The notes under the pieces were generated by a model, which was not told the origin of the DNA, did no database searches, and saw nothing but the letters and a program-made list of their open reading frames with translations. Below, piece by piece: positions 1-8,555 of a stretch of DNA of 64,000 bases. This DNA is from an uncultured archaeon (GTDB taxonomy: Archaea > Asgardarchaeota > Thorarchaeia > Thorarchaeales > Thorarchaeaceae): assembly GCA_964631415.1 (NCBI GenBank), contig CAZVZC010000006.1, positions 3,001 through 67,000 of the forward strand, written 5' to 3'. A program made the translations under genes and the position numbers. Position 1 is the first letter of the stretch. Each line of letters starts with the position of its first letter.

Positions 1-129
1 TCATGAAGCAGATCATCAAGACTCTCAAGCCGTGACCTGCAGCGCGAAGACCGGCACCCAAGGCACACGTCGTCTTTCCTTTTCCATTCCCGGTGTATAC
101 CTGGACTCTGCCTGCAGTGCCTGGTCGCT

Positions 130-774
130 TCAATGTTGACCCGCCGTACCCTTGAGCTGCTTTACCAGCTTTGCTACTCTGAGGCCCACTTGAGTACTGC
201 CCTCAATCGCGAGCTGGTCCTCTTTGGAGGTCCTCCACTTCCCATCATCGCACTGCATGCTGCCTGAACCGAATGTGCCATCTCGGACAGGATTCCCAAC
301 TGCCCCGACAACAATCATTCCGTGTGCCAAGGCATATCTGTTGAGCAGGTCTACCACAGCCTCCTGTCCCCCATAGCGTAGGCCTGCGTATGTTACCGCT
401 GCAAAGACCTTGTCCTTAAGCTGGTTGTCCTGCATCTTCATCGGCCTAGACCTGTCCATCAGATCCTTCAGGATTCCGGGCACAGACGTGAAATAGGAAG
501 GGGCCGCCACTATGATAGCATCTGCCTGACGCATCCGCTCCTCAATCTCAGGCATATCGTCCTTCTCACTCTCTGGACATGGTTTCTTTCTCACGCAGGC
601 ATCACAGCCCGTACATCTGCGAATCTGATACTGACTCAGGTCGAGGAGAGCAGTGGTAGGTTCCTTGGAACCAGCAGACAGAACACTGGAGGCAGCTTCG
701 AGTGCCTTTGTGAGAAGAAAGCGAGCACTGGACTTCTCACCTCTCGGAGACCCGGATATACCCAGCACCAACAT
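130..774 (-). CDS. NADPH-dependent FMN reductase / iron-sulfur flavoprotein (Isf)-like protein, flavodoxin fold
   Basis: 214-aa ORF. N-terminal 'LVLGISGSPRG' phosphate-binding loop and 'DAIIVAAPSYF' are present. A compact Cys cluster 'CTGCDACVRKKPC' (CxxCxxCx5C) matches archaeal Isf-type flavoproteins. Confidence 0.7.
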   Translation of the reverse strand: MLVLGISGSPRGEKSSARFLLTKALEAASSVLSAGSKEPTTALLDLSQYQIRRCTGCDACVRKKPCPESEKDDMPEIEERMRQADAIIVAAPSYFTSVPGILKDLMDRSRPMKMQDNQLKDKVFAAVTYAGLRYGGQEAVVDLLNRYALAHGMIVVGAVGNPVRDGTFGSGSMQCDDGKWRTSKEDQLAIEGSTQVGLRVAKLVKQLKGTAGQH

Positions 775-866
775 GACAAATCCTCCGCATCAGACAAGTG
801 GCCCGACCATGACTGAGGAGTACTTCTGTGTTTCGCCTTGACTTGTGCTTTCGACCTGCTTTCATA

Positions 867-1727
867 TCAGACCTTGCCGGTACGTCTGCGAGTCCTGCTT
901 CTTCTTGATTCGTCGTGAAGCAACAACTCCAGTGAGTGCGCAACCTCGCCTGCTGCCTTGACAGCTTTCAGCCTGCTCTCGTCTCTGTAAGAGGCCACGG
1001 CCACAGTGAACGATTGGACTCTGAGGATGGAAACCTCGTGGCCCTCGATAGTCACCGTATTGGGCATCACATCGGCAACAGGCTTGATCACGCCACGAGA
1101 TATCTCCGACCGTATTGCAGCCCGATGACTATCTGGTATGGTGCCATGAACGACATTGCCAGCCGCATCGAACACACCTACGTAGGCGACATTGTGTGCT
1201 TCGAGATTGGCGTCCACGAGCTTCTCAATCGCGGCTGAAACCCTCTCGGACGGCAGGCCCAGATCCATTGTGACATACCTGCTGACGAGCTCCTCCAGTC
1301 CCTCGATATGCCCCATGTCGCCGGACCATGACGCCATCACCCCGCCATAGATAGTCACCAACTCCTTACCCAGTGATGCCATGCGCTTCTTCAAATGAGC
1401 GGCGTCCTCATCACCTGATGCCAGCAGCGCAATCGCAAATGACTCGAAGAACATGTAGGCCCATCGCAGGCCCTCCTGTTCCAGAGCGTACACTTGTCCG
1501 ACGGCAGTGCTTCTGCTCGAAGCAAAGAGTGTGACACACGTCCTGACTTGTGGAGGGACTGTGTCTTCCACAGAGGAGCGGCCCTTCTGATATGACCGCG
1601 CATAGAGCGGCTCTCCATCACTCTTCACAAGATAGGCTCGGAATATCATGTCGCCAGTCATCTCAGGGGAGGTCGGTCCAATCTGCGACATAAGTGTTCT
1701 CTGTGGGTGTACCGAGAAGCCGGACAC
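867..1727 (-). CDS. Longin-like domain fused to Roadblock/LC7 (MglB-like) domain protein
   Basis: 286-aa ORF. 'MIFRAYLVKSDGEPLYARSY' resembles the first beta-hairpin of longin/AP-sigma/sedlin folds. The C-terminal 'VAYVGVFDAAGNVVHGT...VTIEGHEVSILRVQSFTVAVASY' resembles Roadblock/LC7. The true start may be an internal ATG (1691, 1661 or 1649). Confidence 0.6.
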   Translation of the reverse strand: MSGFSVHPQRTLMSQIGPTSPEMTGDMIFRAYLVKSDGEPLYARSYQKGRSSVEDTVPPQVRTCVTLFASSRSTAVGQVYALEQEGLRWAYMFFESFAIALLASGDEDAAHLKKRMASLGKELVTIYGGVMASWSGDMGHIEGLEELVSRYVTMDLGLPSERVSAAIEKLVDANLEAHNVAYVGVFDAAGNVVHGTIPDSHRAAIRSEISRGVIKPVADVMPNTVTIEGHEVSILRVQSFTVAVASYRDESRLKAVKAAGEVAHSLELLLHDESRRSRTRRRTGKV

Positions 1728-1772
1728 TGCATTTTTATGACGGGGTTGGAGACAAACGTTGGGTGTGACAGT

Positions 1773-2078
1773 ATGCCTCGTGCGAAGAGTGACCTTCTGA
1801 AACGAACTCGTTATGACATCTTTGCAGAGATCATCAGAGTGGTATACATCTACGGCTATTGTCCACTCACGCGTGCTGCTAGGTCAACAAACATGCCTGT
1901 TGACAGGGCAAAGGATGCCATCGACTACTTGTGTGAGCGAGGGCTTCTCGAAACCGAGGATGATGAGGGTAAGCGTGTGTACAAGGTGACGGTGAGAGGA
2001 AACCAGTATCTCGAGCTCTACAAGAGGATGGCGGGCATGGTGGGAATCCCCATTCCTGAACCGATTATGGGCATGTAA
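1773..2078 (+). CDS. Small winged-helix DNA-binding protein
   Basis: 'RYDIFAEIIRVV...LTRAARSTNMPVDRAKDAIDYLCERGLLE...YKVTVRGNQYLELY' gives a helix-turn-helix plus beta-wing pattern. I moved the start to the first ATG (1773); the track ORF begins at 1707 and overlaps the divergent gene. Confidence 0.6.
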   Translation: MPRAKSDLLKRTRYDIFAEIIRVVYIYGYCPLTRAARSTNMPVDRAKDAIDYLCERGLLETEDDEGKRVYKVTVRGNQYLELYKRMAGMVGIPIPEPIMGM

Positions 2079-2374
2079 GAGTCGGTATCTTTCTATTCTT
2101 CTCCCGCCTTGCTATTGCAGACGAATACCGCGGCCGAGAATTGTCGGATTGGTTCATCCATCACCAGATATAGACCGTCTTCCACCATAAGATGACCTGA
2201 CAATTAGCGACATCAATTCGGTCCGTCTGATGCTTCTCATTTCGAGTATTCATGTTCTCCTACTGATGCCAACAGTGAAACGCATATTACCGCGGAGATC
2301 TCTCAACGGATGCCTCAAGTTTAGTAAACAAGGGGATAGGTCGGCACGGACTGAGATTGAGCGAAGTCTCCCAC

Positions 2375-3106
2375 ATGGACCTGGCAGAAGCCAGAAAGGT
2401 TCTGCAAGAAGCCAAAGAGAAGGATGTGATTCTCCGCTTGGTCGGAGGACTGGCAATCCAAGCACATTGCACGAAGATGGCCTTCTGCGAACGAAGCCAC
2501 GTTGACATAGACCTCGCCGGATTGTCGAAACAGTCGGCAAAGATTGCCTCCGTCATAGAGGGTTTCGGCTATGTGGAGAACACCAGCATGACAATGGCGA
2601 CGGGGGGAAAAAGGCTGGTGTTCGAAAAACCGAAGTCCAAAGATCATATAGATGTCTTTCTTGACAATCTCGACTTCGAACATAGAATCAAGCTCAAGGA
2701 CAGATTGGAGATCGAGGACTCAACGCTTTCTCTAAGCGACCTACTTCTCTCCAAGCTGTCGATCTCAAGACTCAATGAGAAAGACATCCGAGACATCATT
2801 ACCATTCTGAAGGATTTGCCCTTTGGAAATCAAGACCTGCCGGGAATCGTTAATGCTGATTACATTACCCGTCTGTGTTCTGAAGACTGGGGTCTGTATC
2901 ACGATGTGCTAGACTCGATCGCTGAATGCCTTGGCGCGCTTGGTTCCTACGAACTGAACTCAGCTGATGATGAACGCGTTCTGCAAGCTCTGAGGGCTCT
3001 GAGGACTTCTCTGGTCGGAAGTAAGAAGACAAGACGATGGAGAATGAGAGCCTTGGTCGGAGAGCGAGCGCCATGGCGAAAGACTGTCGAGGAACAGAAC
3101 GCCTAG
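2375..3106 (+). CDS. Nucleotidyltransferase-fold protein (AbiEii/DUF-type NTase-like), function unknown
   Basis: 'LRLVGGLAIQAH...SHVDIDL' fits the minimal NTase signature (GG/GS followed by DxD). Size is about 245 aa. ATG 2375 is preferred over the track TTG 2357. Confidence 0.5.
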   Translation: MDLAEARKVLQEAKEKDVILRLVGGLAIQAHCTKMAFCERSHVDIDLAGLSKQSAKIASVIEGFGYVENTSMTMATGGKRLVFEKPKSKDHIDVFLDNLDFEHRIKLKDRLEIEDSTLSLSDLLLSKLSISRLNEKDIRDIITILKDLPFGNQDLPGIVNADYITRLCSEDWGLYHDVLDSIAECLGALGSYELNSADDERVLQALRALRTSLVGSKKTRRWRMRALVGERAPWRKTVEEQNA

Positions 3107-3311
3107 ACTCCAAAGCATCGTGGACGAATGACGTGATTGACGTTCCTTGAGGGTGTAGTACCGTTCCAGAGCGGACAAACACAGAATCCCAAAGCCTATT
3201 CAATCCCCAGAAGTCGGCATTCGGGAGGTAACATCTTGTGACTCCATCTGGTGTGTCTGCTTTATATTATGATGATGGGCAGATTCGAACAAGAAGAAGA
3301 GGCCAAGAACG

Positions 3312-4550
3312 ATGACTGAAGCCCAGATTTTCAGGAACAAAGACAGAGTTGAACTTGGTACCGTCCAAGGTGACGTTGAGATTCGCGACTGCAAGTTGAT
3401 AGCCCCCCAGCAGGGTGAGCAGATTATTGTCACCGGGACAATCCGAATCCGAGGGGATACGGTCGTCGAAGGATCATTGAAAGCGTACAGCCTGCGCACC
3501 GAGCACTGTGACATTGAGATACAAGGTGACTTGTCTGTTGAAACTACTGTCACAATTGACAAGGGAAGTATCGAAGTCGGAGGCTCAGCCAGTGCCAAGC
3601 AGATTCAAGCAGACGGGACCATCGGCATTGGAGGAGACTTGGTCTGTGGTTCTGGCAAGGCAGGTGGCGCGATTCGAGTGACCAGAAACGCGAAGGCTAT
3701 GAGACTCTCGGCCGGAGGCTCAGTGGCAGTCAACGGAGACGCTGAGGTTGAGAGACTAGATGCGGGCGGGTCAGTTTCTGTCGGTGGCAGGATTGATTCC
3801 AAAGAGATGGACGCCGGAGGCAGCGGCAGGTGCAACTCTGGCAAGATTTCGCGGGTGGATATCGGCGGTTCCTTCAAGGCAGAGGGCGCTGTCGAAGTCG
3901 ATGAGATTGACGTGGGCGGCGCGGTTTCCGTGGGACCTAGGTCCAAAGTTGGCTCAGTCGATGTTGGAGGAGCTTTCAAAGCATCTGGTGACCTCACTTT
4001 CGGGAAGATAGATGTCGGCGGCGCCGTCAAGATAGAGGGCTCTGCGCAAGGATCTGTGATTGATGTGGGTGGTGCCGTGCACGTCCATGGTTCTCTCACC
4101 CTAACGGAGAAGCTGGACGTAGGAGGGACCGCCGTAGTTGACCAGGACTTGCATTGTTCGAACACTATCGATGTTGGCGGGACTCTCACTGCTGGCGGTA
4201 GAATCGACTCCATTGCAATTGACGTTGGCGGCAGAATCGACGCCAACTACATCAGGGCTGAGGAAACGTTCAGAATCGGCAAGAGGGGCGAGGTCCGGGG
4301 ATTCGTCGAGTCCAAGGACATTGTCATCAGGGAACGCGCAAGAGTCGAGTCGCTTTACGGAGACCAAATCCGTGTGGAAGAGAGAGCCAGAGTGAAGAGC
4401 ATCTACGGCCGTTCAGTCTACCTTGAACGGGAGGTTGTTGTCGAAGGAGAAGTTTTCTACACAGACAGCTTCGAGGCTGAGGAACGCGTCGTTCTCAAGA
4501 CCGAACCAAGAAAAGTGGATCAACTCCCCCCGCCCGAGAGCGTGCAATAG
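3312..4550 (+). CDS. Beta-helix repeat protein, bactofilin-like / polymer-forming cytoskeletal-like
   Basis: 412-aa ORF with no signal peptide or TM. About a dozen consecutive coils of roughly 17 residues each begin '(I/L/V)D(V/A)GG', for example 'IDVGGAVSVGPRSKVGS', 'VDVGGAFKASGDLTFGK' and 'IDVGGAVKIEGSAQGSV'. Non-repeat termini flank the coils. Confidence 0.55.
   Translation: MTEAQIFRNKDRVELGTVQGDVEIRDCKLIAPQQGEQIIVTGTIRIRGDTVVEGSLKAYSLRTEHCDIEIQGDLSVETTVTIDKGSIEVGGSASAKQIQADGTIGIGGDLVCGSGKAGGAIRVTRNAKAMRLSAGGSVAVNGDAEVERLDAGGSVSVGGRIDSKEMDAGGSGRCNSGKISRVDIGGSFKAEGAVEVDEIDVGGAVSVGPRSKVGSVDVGGAFKASGDLTFGKIDVGGAVKIEGSAQGSVIDVGGAVHVHGSLTLTEKLDVGGTAVVDQDLHCSNTIDVGGTLTAGGRIDSIAIDVGGRIDANYIRAEETFRIGKRGEVRGFVESKDIVIRERARVESLYGDQIRVEERARVKSIYGRSVYLEREVVVEGEVFYTDSFEAEERVVLKTEPRKVDQLPPPESVQ
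3570..4250 (+). repeat. In-frame tandem ~51-nt (17-codon) D(V/A)GG coil repeats inside the beta-helix gene
   Basis: Recurrent 'gat gt. gg. gg.' codon blocks are visible at regular spacing. They translate to IEVGG, LSAGG, LDAGG, MDAGG, VDIGG, then six xDVGG units (I,V,I,I,L,I) and a final IDVGG. Confidence 0.7.
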
Positions 4551-4558
4551 GACTGACT

Positions 4559-5344
4559 CTAGCAACCTCTCAGCAGCAGCACTCGACGCTCACACTCAGA
4601 AGTATAAGGCCGGCTGTCGAACCAACCGAATTCCTGTTCAACTACAAACCCAGACATTCCCACAAGCAAGTCTGCCTCTCTGTTAAAAATCACCGCCGCC
4701 CCCGAAACCACCTCTATTACTTGGTCGTAATCACTCCCTGTACGATGGGGTCTGTGTACGGAGTACTTGAGATCCACCCTCATTATCTGGTTGACAAAGT
4801 CCGTGTGAATCTGCCCTCTTCTTGTGACGACTCTGCCGTCTGGCAGAGAGGTGGGGGGCTCTTCAAACTCCAAATGATCGGGTAGCAGAGCACCGGAGCG
4901 ATGATCGAGTATGAAAAGACCCCGATCGGACAGGTGTCTTCTGATGCACGATAGGGTGGACAGCTGATCTCTGCTGGTCATTGCATGTCCAAACGAGTCA
5001 GGTATGATTATGAGCGAGTATGTTTGACCGAGTGAAAAGCTCCTCATGTCACCCTCTACCAGACTAATCCTTGCCGCAATGTCGTGCGGCTCGCTGCTGA
5101 GCCTCTTTCGTAACTCTTTGAGCATGGATGGTGAAATCTCAAGGGCAGTCACCTCAAACCCCTCTCGGGCTAGCGGAAGTGTTACTCGACCTGCCCCGGC
5201 GGCAACATCCAGAACTGGAGACCCTTGTTTGCGTGCGTAGTTGAGATAGAAAGGTATGTCGTCATTGCTGACAAAGAGGTCATAGAACTCTCCTACTCCT
5301 TCGTACCCGGGGCCGATGTCCTCGCCAGCACTCTTCTCGTTCAT
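4559..5344 (-). CDS. Class I SAM-dependent methyltransferase
   Basis: Motif I with its acidic post-I residue: 'VLDVAAGAGRVTLPLAREGFEVTALEISPSML'. 'LIIIPDSFGH' lies in the motif IV region. 261 aa. Confidence 0.8.
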   Translation of the reverse strand: MNEKSAGEDIGPGYEGVGEFYDLFVSNDDIPFYLNYARKQGSPVLDVAAGAGRVTLPLAREGFEVTALEISPSMLKELRKRLSSEPHDIAARISLVEGDMRSFSLGQTYSLIIIPDSFGHAMTSRDQLSTLSCIRRHLSDRGLFILDHRSGALLPDHLEFEEPPTSLPDGRVVTRRGQIHTDFVNQIMRVDLKYSVHRPHRTGSDYDQVIEVVSGAAVIFNREADLLVGMSGFVVEQEFGWFDSRPYTSECERRVLLLRGC

Positions 5345-5744
5345 GTGTACAGCACCCGACTAGTGATGCCTGAGCTAGGCCCAAATATCCGTCCAATCTA
5401 CTCTGGTTATTTGCGTTAACGTCAGCAGCACCTGAGCAGACTCGTCGTTCATGGTCTACATCTTCGGATAAGCGCGACACCTATCGACCTACCGCTTTGA
5501 TATGCATTGTGCAGCATCTCAAAGCGTTCCAACCTGGAGATATGACATATGTCAGCGCGTTTTCGTGAGCCGAGGCTCCTAGACCCCGCTTCGGTACCAC
5601 AGACACTCCATACTGGCTCGGCTGAAGCCACATGAACGAGGGTTACAGGTGAGCAATTGAAGACCTGCTCACTTCTTGTTCCTATCGCAACGACTAATAA
5701 TGCTAAGGACTTGGCAGCCTCATATGACGGAGGGATAAAACAGC

Positions 5745-6761
5745 GTGTTTGCGCAGTCGCTCAAAGCAGCGGGCCAGGAATCGGATTCTGTGGCAGACCT
5801 CCTTGAAGACCGCGAAATCCGTAGAACAATGGTCGCAATTGACACGTACATAAACCGATATCTCGATACTGATGTTGGGCGGCCCCAAGCACTCTATGAT
5901 GCAGCCCATCACCTCATCAGGGCAGGCGGCAAGCGGTTGCGCTCACTGATCACGGTCCTCACATGCGAATTGGCCGGAGGAAGCGCTGAGAAAGCACTGC
6001 CCGTAGCGCTGGCTGCAGAGTTGCTGCAAACAGCCAGTCTGATACACGATGATATCATCGACAATGAGAAGACCAGAAGGGGAGTTCCGACGGTACACCG
6101 GGTCTTTGGTGTCAAAATGGCCATCATTGCAGGCGACCTGTTGATATCCCAAGCAGTCCGCATCCTTGGAGAACAGGGCAACCCGGAGCTGCTAGCCATA
6201 ATGGGGGGCAGTGGTGCCCGGATGTGTGAAGGCGAAGCGGCAGACATGTCTGTGAGTCCAGACCGCCCCGAATCTTTCGAGAAGAAGTATTACCTTGAGC
6301 TTGTCGAGAAGAAGACCGTCTCATTCCTTGAAGAGTCTGCTAAGGTGGGGGCAGTCATTGGTGGCGCTAGTGAGAGTCAGAAACGCGCCATGACCGAGTA
6401 CGCCAGAGCATTGGGTTTCGCCTTCCAGCTTCGTGACGACCTCCTTGACATTGATAGTAGGACACGGACTCGAACGGGCAGAGCCAGATCAAGCCTCGAG
6501 CTAAAGCACGGCAACTACGTCCTGATTCAAGCATTGGAGATGCTGACCCGAGAAGGGAGAGCGACCTGCCTCACATCATTGGCCGAGGGGAGGACAGGAC
6601 CCGCAATGCGAGCAATGAGGGTCACAAACGCCGCAGAGCTAGTACAACAGACCGCACGGGATTACGTCGAGCAAGCCAAACGCGCTCTCTCACAGCAGCC
6701 GCGAGAATATGCGCGCCTACTCGAGAAGCTTGCAGACTTCGCCTTGGTTCGCGAACAGTAA
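5745..6761 (+). CDS. idsA: Polyprenyl (geranylgeranyl) diphosphate synthase
   Basis: First Asp-rich motif 'LIHDDIIDNEKTRRG' and second Asp-rich motif 'FQLRDDLLD' are present. 338 aa, GTG start. Confidence 0.9.
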   Translation: MFAQSLKAAGQESDSVADLLEDREIRRTMVAIDTYINRYLDTDVGRPQALYDAAHHLIRAGGKRLRSLITVLTCELAGGSAEKALPVALAAELLQTASLIHDDIIDNEKTRRGVPTVHRVFGVKMAIIAGDLLISQAVRILGEQGNPELLAIMGGSGARMCEGEAADMSVSPDRPESFEKKYYLELVEKKTVSFLEESAKVGAVIGGASESQKRAMTEYARALGFAFQLRDDLLDIDSRTRTRTGRARSSLELKHGNYVLIQALEMLTREGRATCLTSLAEGRTGPAMRAMRVTNAAELVQQTARDYVEQAKRALSQQPREYARLLEKLADFALVREQ

Positions 6762-6974
6762 GAGTGGCTCAGCCAGACTGGCAACTGCTTGTGCGTTCCC
6801 AAGTTGACCTTAAATCCTGTAGAGCGGATTGAACTTTGACACGACCTGAATCCTCGTGTCAAGCCTCAAATCCGACATCTGCTCAGCCGGTGGAAACCTC
6901 CCTCTTCCACCGGCAACCCTTCTTCTCCTACTGTCTTTCACATTGTGCAAAGTGACGATTGCATAGGGCCATTG

Positions 6975-7241
6975 CTAAAGAGAGTTGAGGAAAACAGCTG
7001 GCTCTTCCCCCTGATCGATGGCCCGGACTCTGAACTTGGTGCCTTGCTCAAGTCTAATCTCGGTGGCAGCCAGCGCTCCTGCCAACTGCTTCCTGACACC
7101 TGCCTTGCTGCCTTTCCACAGGTAAATACTCTTTGTGGGCTCGTGAACAATACAGAACACTCGGTTCGGTTGGAGGTTCTCCTTCTTCACATCTAAGGGG
7201 ACATGCGTGCCATCATCAAGCAGCTCAAGTCCAGCAACCAT
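6975..7241 (-). CDS. Single-domain gelsolin/cofilin-fold protein (minimal gelsolin)
   Basis: 88 aa. 'RVFCIVHEPTKSIYLWKGSKAGVRKQLAGALAATEIRLEQGTKFRVRAIDQGEEPAVFLNSL' follows the gelsolin-repeat pattern: (D)cFIl..., iY.WxGs.a, e+..A...A..ir, v.eG.EP..F. A GGAGG (complement of 7254-7258) sits 12 nt upstream of the ATG. Confidence 0.75.
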   Translation of the reverse strand: MVAGLELLDDGTHVPLDVKKENLQPNRVFCIVHEPTKSIYLWKGSKAGVRKQLAGALAATEIRLEQGTKFRVRAIDQGEEPAVFLNSL

Positions 7242-7293
7242 GCGATTTCAGGGCCTCCATTAGTTGTCAAGTTCATTCAGTGCCGTACACCCA

Positions 7294-7728
7294 TCAGACG
7301 CGCTCAAACTGAGCTCTGACTGTGCTACCGCAGTAATTGCACCGTGCCTCAAGAGGACCGACCCAGTCGATGTGCTCCTGAACGATAGCTGCACCACACG
7401 AAGGGCATCTCTCAGGCAACCGTACGGTCCTAATCTCAGTCCCATCAGATCTGACGCTTCCTCTGTATCTTTCGGGAATCGCAAACGCAGGGGCATCCAT
7501 CAGGACTCCTCTCACTGCCTGAGACCCCACTGCACACACTTTGACTATCACCACGATGACAATGATGAACATCAAGACCGGCACAATGATGAACATGATC
7601 CCGATGGCACCAAAGATGCTAAAGAAGAAGTCAAACGGACCAAACTGCATTCGTGACATCCTCGTGATTGTGATGGGTCTGTCAACAAATCCTCTGGCAC
7701 GCCTTATTACCTTTGTCAGACTTGGCAA
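7294..7728 (-). CDS. Membrane protein with C-terminal zinc ribbon, function unknown
   Basis: Central hydrophobic segment 'FFFSIFGAIGIMFIIVPVLMFIIVIVVIV'. C-terminal 'CPSCGAA...CNYCGST' gives two CxxC pairs. It lies 52 nt upstream of the gelsolin gene on the same strand. Confidence 0.6.
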   Translation of the reverse strand: MPSLTKVIRRARGFVDRPITITRMSRMQFGPFDFFFSIFGAIGIMFIIVPVLMFIIVIVVIVKVCAVGSQAVRGVLMDAPAFAIPERYRGSVRSDGTEIRTVRLPERCPSCGAAIVQEHIDWVGPLEARCNYCGSTVRAQFERV

Positions 7729-8019
7729 GGTCAGCGCGTGGGCTAAGGCAGACGGCCGAGAGTTTCACACCATCTGGCTCTTCACTGGCTTCCAGACTTC
7801 TTCGGTGGCACTGCTTTAGGTTCCTTGGATGACGAACTTTCGGATTCTCTGGATGGGGCGTAAGTCAGAGCAGACCGCCTCTGTTGCTGTGAGAACGGTC
7901 CGTCACTCAAAGCGCCCCACTCGACAAAGCACATTGATGTTGTTGAAGAAAAGCAGTGTGCAGGCAAGATTGGTACGTTTTCTCTGCTGCTTTTTACCAC
8001 GATGCCGGACTTCGGAACG

Positions 8020-8026
8020 TATAAAT
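8020..8026 (+). promoter_or_regulatory. TATA-box-like element upstream of 8084 gene
   Basis: 'tataaat' lies 58 nt upstream of ATG 8084. A 'ggagg' at 8068-8072 is a possible RBS. Confidence 0.3.
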
Positions 8027-8083
8027 CATGCTGTGCCGTGCACCCTCTAGTACATCAAACCTCTTTGGAGGAAAGAATGGAAT

Positions 8084-8446
8084 ATGCAGATTCCCGCATT
8101 TCTCTTGAGGAAACTCTACATTAAGGGTAGCCTCCAGAACTTACCAGATGGCTTCCAGTTCAAAATCAAGAACACGCTCTCACCTGGCACCGCGATAGGT
8201 ATGACACCACTCAAGGTCGACAAGGTGGACTGTCCACTGGATGCCACGACAATAATGGCCGAAGCCTCTAAGATCAAGGCCTCTGAGATCACCGAGAGCA
8301 AGACCTTCCCAATCAAGGTGGGCGTAGAGATTACGATTCAGGTGAAAGGGAAGCCTCTGCCCAAAGGCGAGCACACACTCGACATCGGTATAAAGACCAA
8401 AGAAGCTGGATCGCTCGCTTTTGACGTGAAGGACGCACTTGCTTGA
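8084..8446 (+). CDS. Hypothetical protein (120 aa)
   Basis: Clean ORF preceded by GGAGG and followed by a hairpin. I recognise no motif. Confidence 0.6.
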   Translation: MQIPAFLLRKLYIKGSLQNLPDGFQFKIKNTLSPGTAIGMTPLKVDKVDCPLDATTIMAEASKIKASEITESKTFPIKVGVEITIQVKGKPLPKGEHTLDIGIKTKEAGSLAFDVKDALA

Positions 8447-8459
8447 ACTGGGGCTTTGA

Positions 8460-8480
8460 GAGAAGGCCTATCGCCTTCTC
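8460..8480. terminator. Perfect 8-bp stem / 5-nt loop hairpin between convergent genes
   Basis: 'gagaaggc' (8460-8467), loop 'ctatc', 'gccttctc' (8473-8480), then a pyrimidine/T-rich tract 'cattccctgttcttc'. It sits between the stop at 8446 (+) and the stop at 8556 (-). Confidence 0.45.
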
Positions 8481-8555
8481 CATTCCCTGTTCTTCGGCGA
8501 TTTGAGCTAGTCGCCTGTTTTGAAGGCTCAGCCTAGCTGAGATCCATTCATCTCT

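Noticed and set aside
3271-3295. 'gttcgaatc' on the minus strand, resembling a tRNA T-loop.
   Set aside because: The flanking bases cannot form a T-stem or acceptor stem. I found no cloverleaf anywhere in the window.
3605-4246. 213-aa minus-strand ORF rich in 'PPTSI' repeats.
   Set aside because: It is the reverse-complement reading of the in-frame D(V/A)GG coil repeats of the + strand beta-helix gene. Its low-complexity composition marks it as an antisense artefact.
7782-8000. 72-aa minus-strand ORF upstream of the zinc-ribbon membrane protein.
   Set aside because: It has no motif and a low-complexity S/K-rich tail, and it overlaps the promoter region of the 8084 gene. It is kept as unannotated.
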